DNA of 48,104 nucleotides from Chitinophagales bacterium (lineage in GTDB: Bacteria; Bacteroidota; Bacteroidia; Chitinophagales; Chitinophagaceae). The position numbers were made by a program, and so were the translations under genes. Location: the NCBI GenBank assembly GCA_038199905.1, contig JBBPYM010000183.1, forward strand, positions 1 to 48,104. Reading direction: 5' to 3'. The first letter of the stretch is position 1. Each line of letters starts with the position of its first letter. Positions 47,042 through 48,104 of this stretch are shown one piece after another. The notes beneath the pieces were generated by a model. It searched no databases and was not told the DNA's origin. It saw only the letters and a program-made list of their open reading frames with translations.

Positions 47042-48104
47042 ATGGAAAACAAAAAGTACTCTCTTTTTATTGGCATTTTATGCCTCTTGGGGACTGCGTC
47101 TTTCGCCCAGGACGGGTCAGCCAAGGTAGGGACAATCTACGATGTCCTCGATTCTTCTTTCTACTCTACGAAGAAGCTACCACAGTTCAATGAGTTCAGA
47201 AATAATGCTTATCCTTTCCCTCCAAAACCAAAGAATCAGTGGGAAGTAGGGGTAAAAGGCGGTGCTTTCACGATTATGGGAGATGTTCCTGCAATGTTAA
47301 CCGGAGGATTCGGTGTTCATGTTAGAAAAGCACTTGGTTATGTATTCTCTTTAAGACTTGAGTATGTTTACGGAATGGGTAAAGGCATTAACTGGCAGCC
47401 TAGAGTTGGTGGTTTCAGCAAACCTTTCTCAGACGCTGGTTACACAGGTTTGATCTACGATAACTACAAGACAAACGTTCAGGATTTGTCGTTACAAACT
47501 GTTATATCACTAAATAACATCGCTTTCCATAGCGCTAAACCTGCTGTTAATGTTTATGCGTTAGTCGGCGTTGGAGCAAGTATATATGACGTAAAAGTCA
47601 ATGCTTTAAACGGTGCTAATCGTTATACTAATTTCCCCACAGGTACTATTGCTTACAAGGATAGAAAAGATAGAATAAAATCAATCAAGAATGATATACT
47701 GGATGACAGTTACGAGTCAGCTGGTGAAATGAACAACAAAGCAACTTTGTTTGATAAATCATTCAGCCCCTCTCTTTCAGGTGGCCTGGGTATTGCTTTC
47801 AGATTAGGCAAAAGAGTTAACCTCGCAATTGAGGACAGGGTAACCACAGCCTTTAACGACTTATTAGATGGTCAACGCTGGCAAAATGCCGGGATTGGTG
47901 TAAATGGCCGTGTATTAACAGGAAAAGGAGATCTTTACAACTACCTTACTGTTGGTCTTAACTTCAACCTTGGTAATGCAACAAAACGCGTTGAGCCATT
48001 ATATTGGGTTAATCCATTGGATTATGCGTACAGTGAGTTGAATGCACCAAAGCATATGAAATTCCCAAAACCAATTTTGGATGATGCTGATGGTGATGGT
48101 ATCA
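47042..48104 (+). CDS. OmpA-family outer membrane protein, 5' partial (runs off the window)
   Basis: This is my own translation; the ORF is not in the ORF track because it has no stop in the window. It reads MENKKYSLFIGILCLLGTASFAQ (signal peptide), then a beta-barrel-like alternating pattern. The frame is open for 354 codons to the edge. It ends in LDDADGDGI, a thrombospondin type-3-like repeat that commonly precedes the OmpA domain in Bacteroidota. Confidence 0.6.
   Translation, partial: MENKKYSLFIGILCLLGTASFAQDGSAKVGTIYDVLDSSFYSTKKLPQFNEFRNNAYPFPPKPKNQWEVGVKGGAFTIMGDVPAMLTGGFGVHVRKALGYVFSLRLEYVYGMGKGINWQPRVGGFSKPFSDAGYTGLIYDNYKTNVQDLSLQTVISLNNIAFHSAKPAVNVYALVGVGASIYDVKVNALNGANRYTNFPTGTIAYKDRKDRIKSIKNDILDDSYESAGEMNNKATLFDKSFSPSLSGGLGIAFRLGKRVNLAIEDRVTTAFNDLLDGQRWQNAGIGVNGRVLTGKGDLYNYLTVGLNFNLGNATKRVEPLYWVNPLDYAYSELNAPKHMKFPKPILDDADGDGI

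Noticed and set aside
1-48104. Mobile elements, prophage, defence systems, tRNA or rRNA genes
   Set aside because: I scanned ORF translations and intergenic regions for transposase DDE, integrase, restriction-modification, toxin-antitoxin or Cas-like motifs, and for tRNA T-arm-like GGTTCGAA sequences. None were recognised.

Overview
This 48.1 kb segment looks like a Bacteroidota chromosome, probably Chitinophagaceae- or Sphingobacteriia-like. That placement is inference from a T9SS C-terminal sorting domain, TTG-N18/19-TAnnTTTG promoter boxes, an RRM-type glycine-rich RNA-binding protein, a PVC-type heme-binding dehydrogenase, and FtsK-LolA and S6-S18-L9 synteny. Coding is dense, with about 40 protein genes. 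Most are housekeeping: hbd, mrp/apbC, pyrF, glutaryl-CoA dehydrogenase-like gene, aroK, ftsK, lolA, ubiX, htpG, recJ, a polyprenyl synthase and rpsF-rpsR-rplI. I recognised no rRNA, tRNA, CRISPR array, transposase, integrase or classical defence genes.

Three parts are less ordinary:
- 510-7383: a four-gene minus-strand operon of exported oxidoreductases. It holds a Tat-signal xylose-isomerase-like TIM barrel, a 963-aa beta-propeller/HEAT/cytochrome c protein and a Sec-signal Gfo/Idh/MocA enzyme, plus a cytoplasmic FAD amine oxidase. A truncated Gfo/Idh/MocA remnant sits beside it.
- 14.3-21.3 kb: a visibly decaying accessory locus. It contains an uncharacterised secreted protein family in three forms (full-length, N-domain only, C-domain only), an AraC remnant, a metallophosphoesterase remnant and a divergent DUF2961/GH172 gene. 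This is my best candidate for something undescribed.
- 1-472: two diverged copies of a roughly 112-bp noncoding module at the left edge.

Smaller items are an orphan terminator that may mark a small RNA (about 30.6 kb), a stand-alone alpha-oxoamine synthase, an M16 peptidase with an extra C-terminal domain, a structured rpsF leader and a large T9SS-secreted EEP-domain protein. All family calls come from motif recognition by eye. No searches were run.
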